DNA from: Lama glama | Lineage: Eukaryota | Reading direction: 5' to 3' | NCBI GenBank assembly: GCA_028534125.1 | Contig: CM052816.1 | Location: 60,452,001-60,516,000 of the forward strand | DNA: 64,000 nt | Shown: piece by piece, positions 63,901-64,000 of the stretch | Layout: each line of letters begins with the position of its first letter | Position numbering within the stretch: position 1 is the stretch's first letter | Program-made: the position numbers and the translations under genes | The notes under the pieces: generated by a model | What the model was told of the DNA's origin: nothing | What the model saw: the letters and a program-made list of their open reading frames with translations, nothing else | The model's database searches: none

Positions 63901-64000
63901 CTTTAGGGAATGGTAGGTGGTTCACTACTGCCCACATTATTTTACCAAACTTTAGAAGCACTTAAAGATAAGAAATCCTCCATCTTCCATCACGTGAATC

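Noticed and set aside
1..64000. CRISPR array, operon, prophage, rRNA or recognisable miRNA/snoRNA
   Set aside because: The sequence is mammalian intron-like. No regularly spaced repeats, gene-dense ORFs or recalled ncRNA sequences were seen; an Rfam/miRBase search is needed to fully exclude small RNAs.

Overview
Mammalian non-coding DNA, almost certainly camelid: three tRNA-Ala-derived vic-1-type SINEs are present, with no Alu or Bov-A/Bov-tA elements seen. The window is dense in old eutherian repeats (MIR, L2, MLT1/LTR33/LTR16 solo LTRs, MER63, MER5, L1M) and has a few younger L1 3' ends. No prokaryotic features, CRISPR arrays or complete genes are present, and the ORF track is essentially noise or L1 remnants. 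It reads as the interior of one very large intron of a minus-strand gene. The key signal is a 75-nt, frame-preserving cassette exon on the minus strand at 1445-1519, not shown in this frame by the ORF track. It has clean splice sites, an ~100-nt AG-free zone with a YCAY cluster upstream and RBFOX (U)GCAUG motifs downstream. Its phase-0 translation, EGQPPKSHFNSARHRQRLVDPAASK, aligns end-to-end without gaps to the 25-aa TrkC/NTRK3 kinase insert (sequences recalled from memory). It is too divergent to look like the NTRK3 ortholog, which suggests a paralogous kinase-insert exon in NTRK2 (TrkB). The gene assignment is an inference, because no flanking constitutive exon lies in the window. Repeat family names and most repeat boundaries are by-eye estimates.
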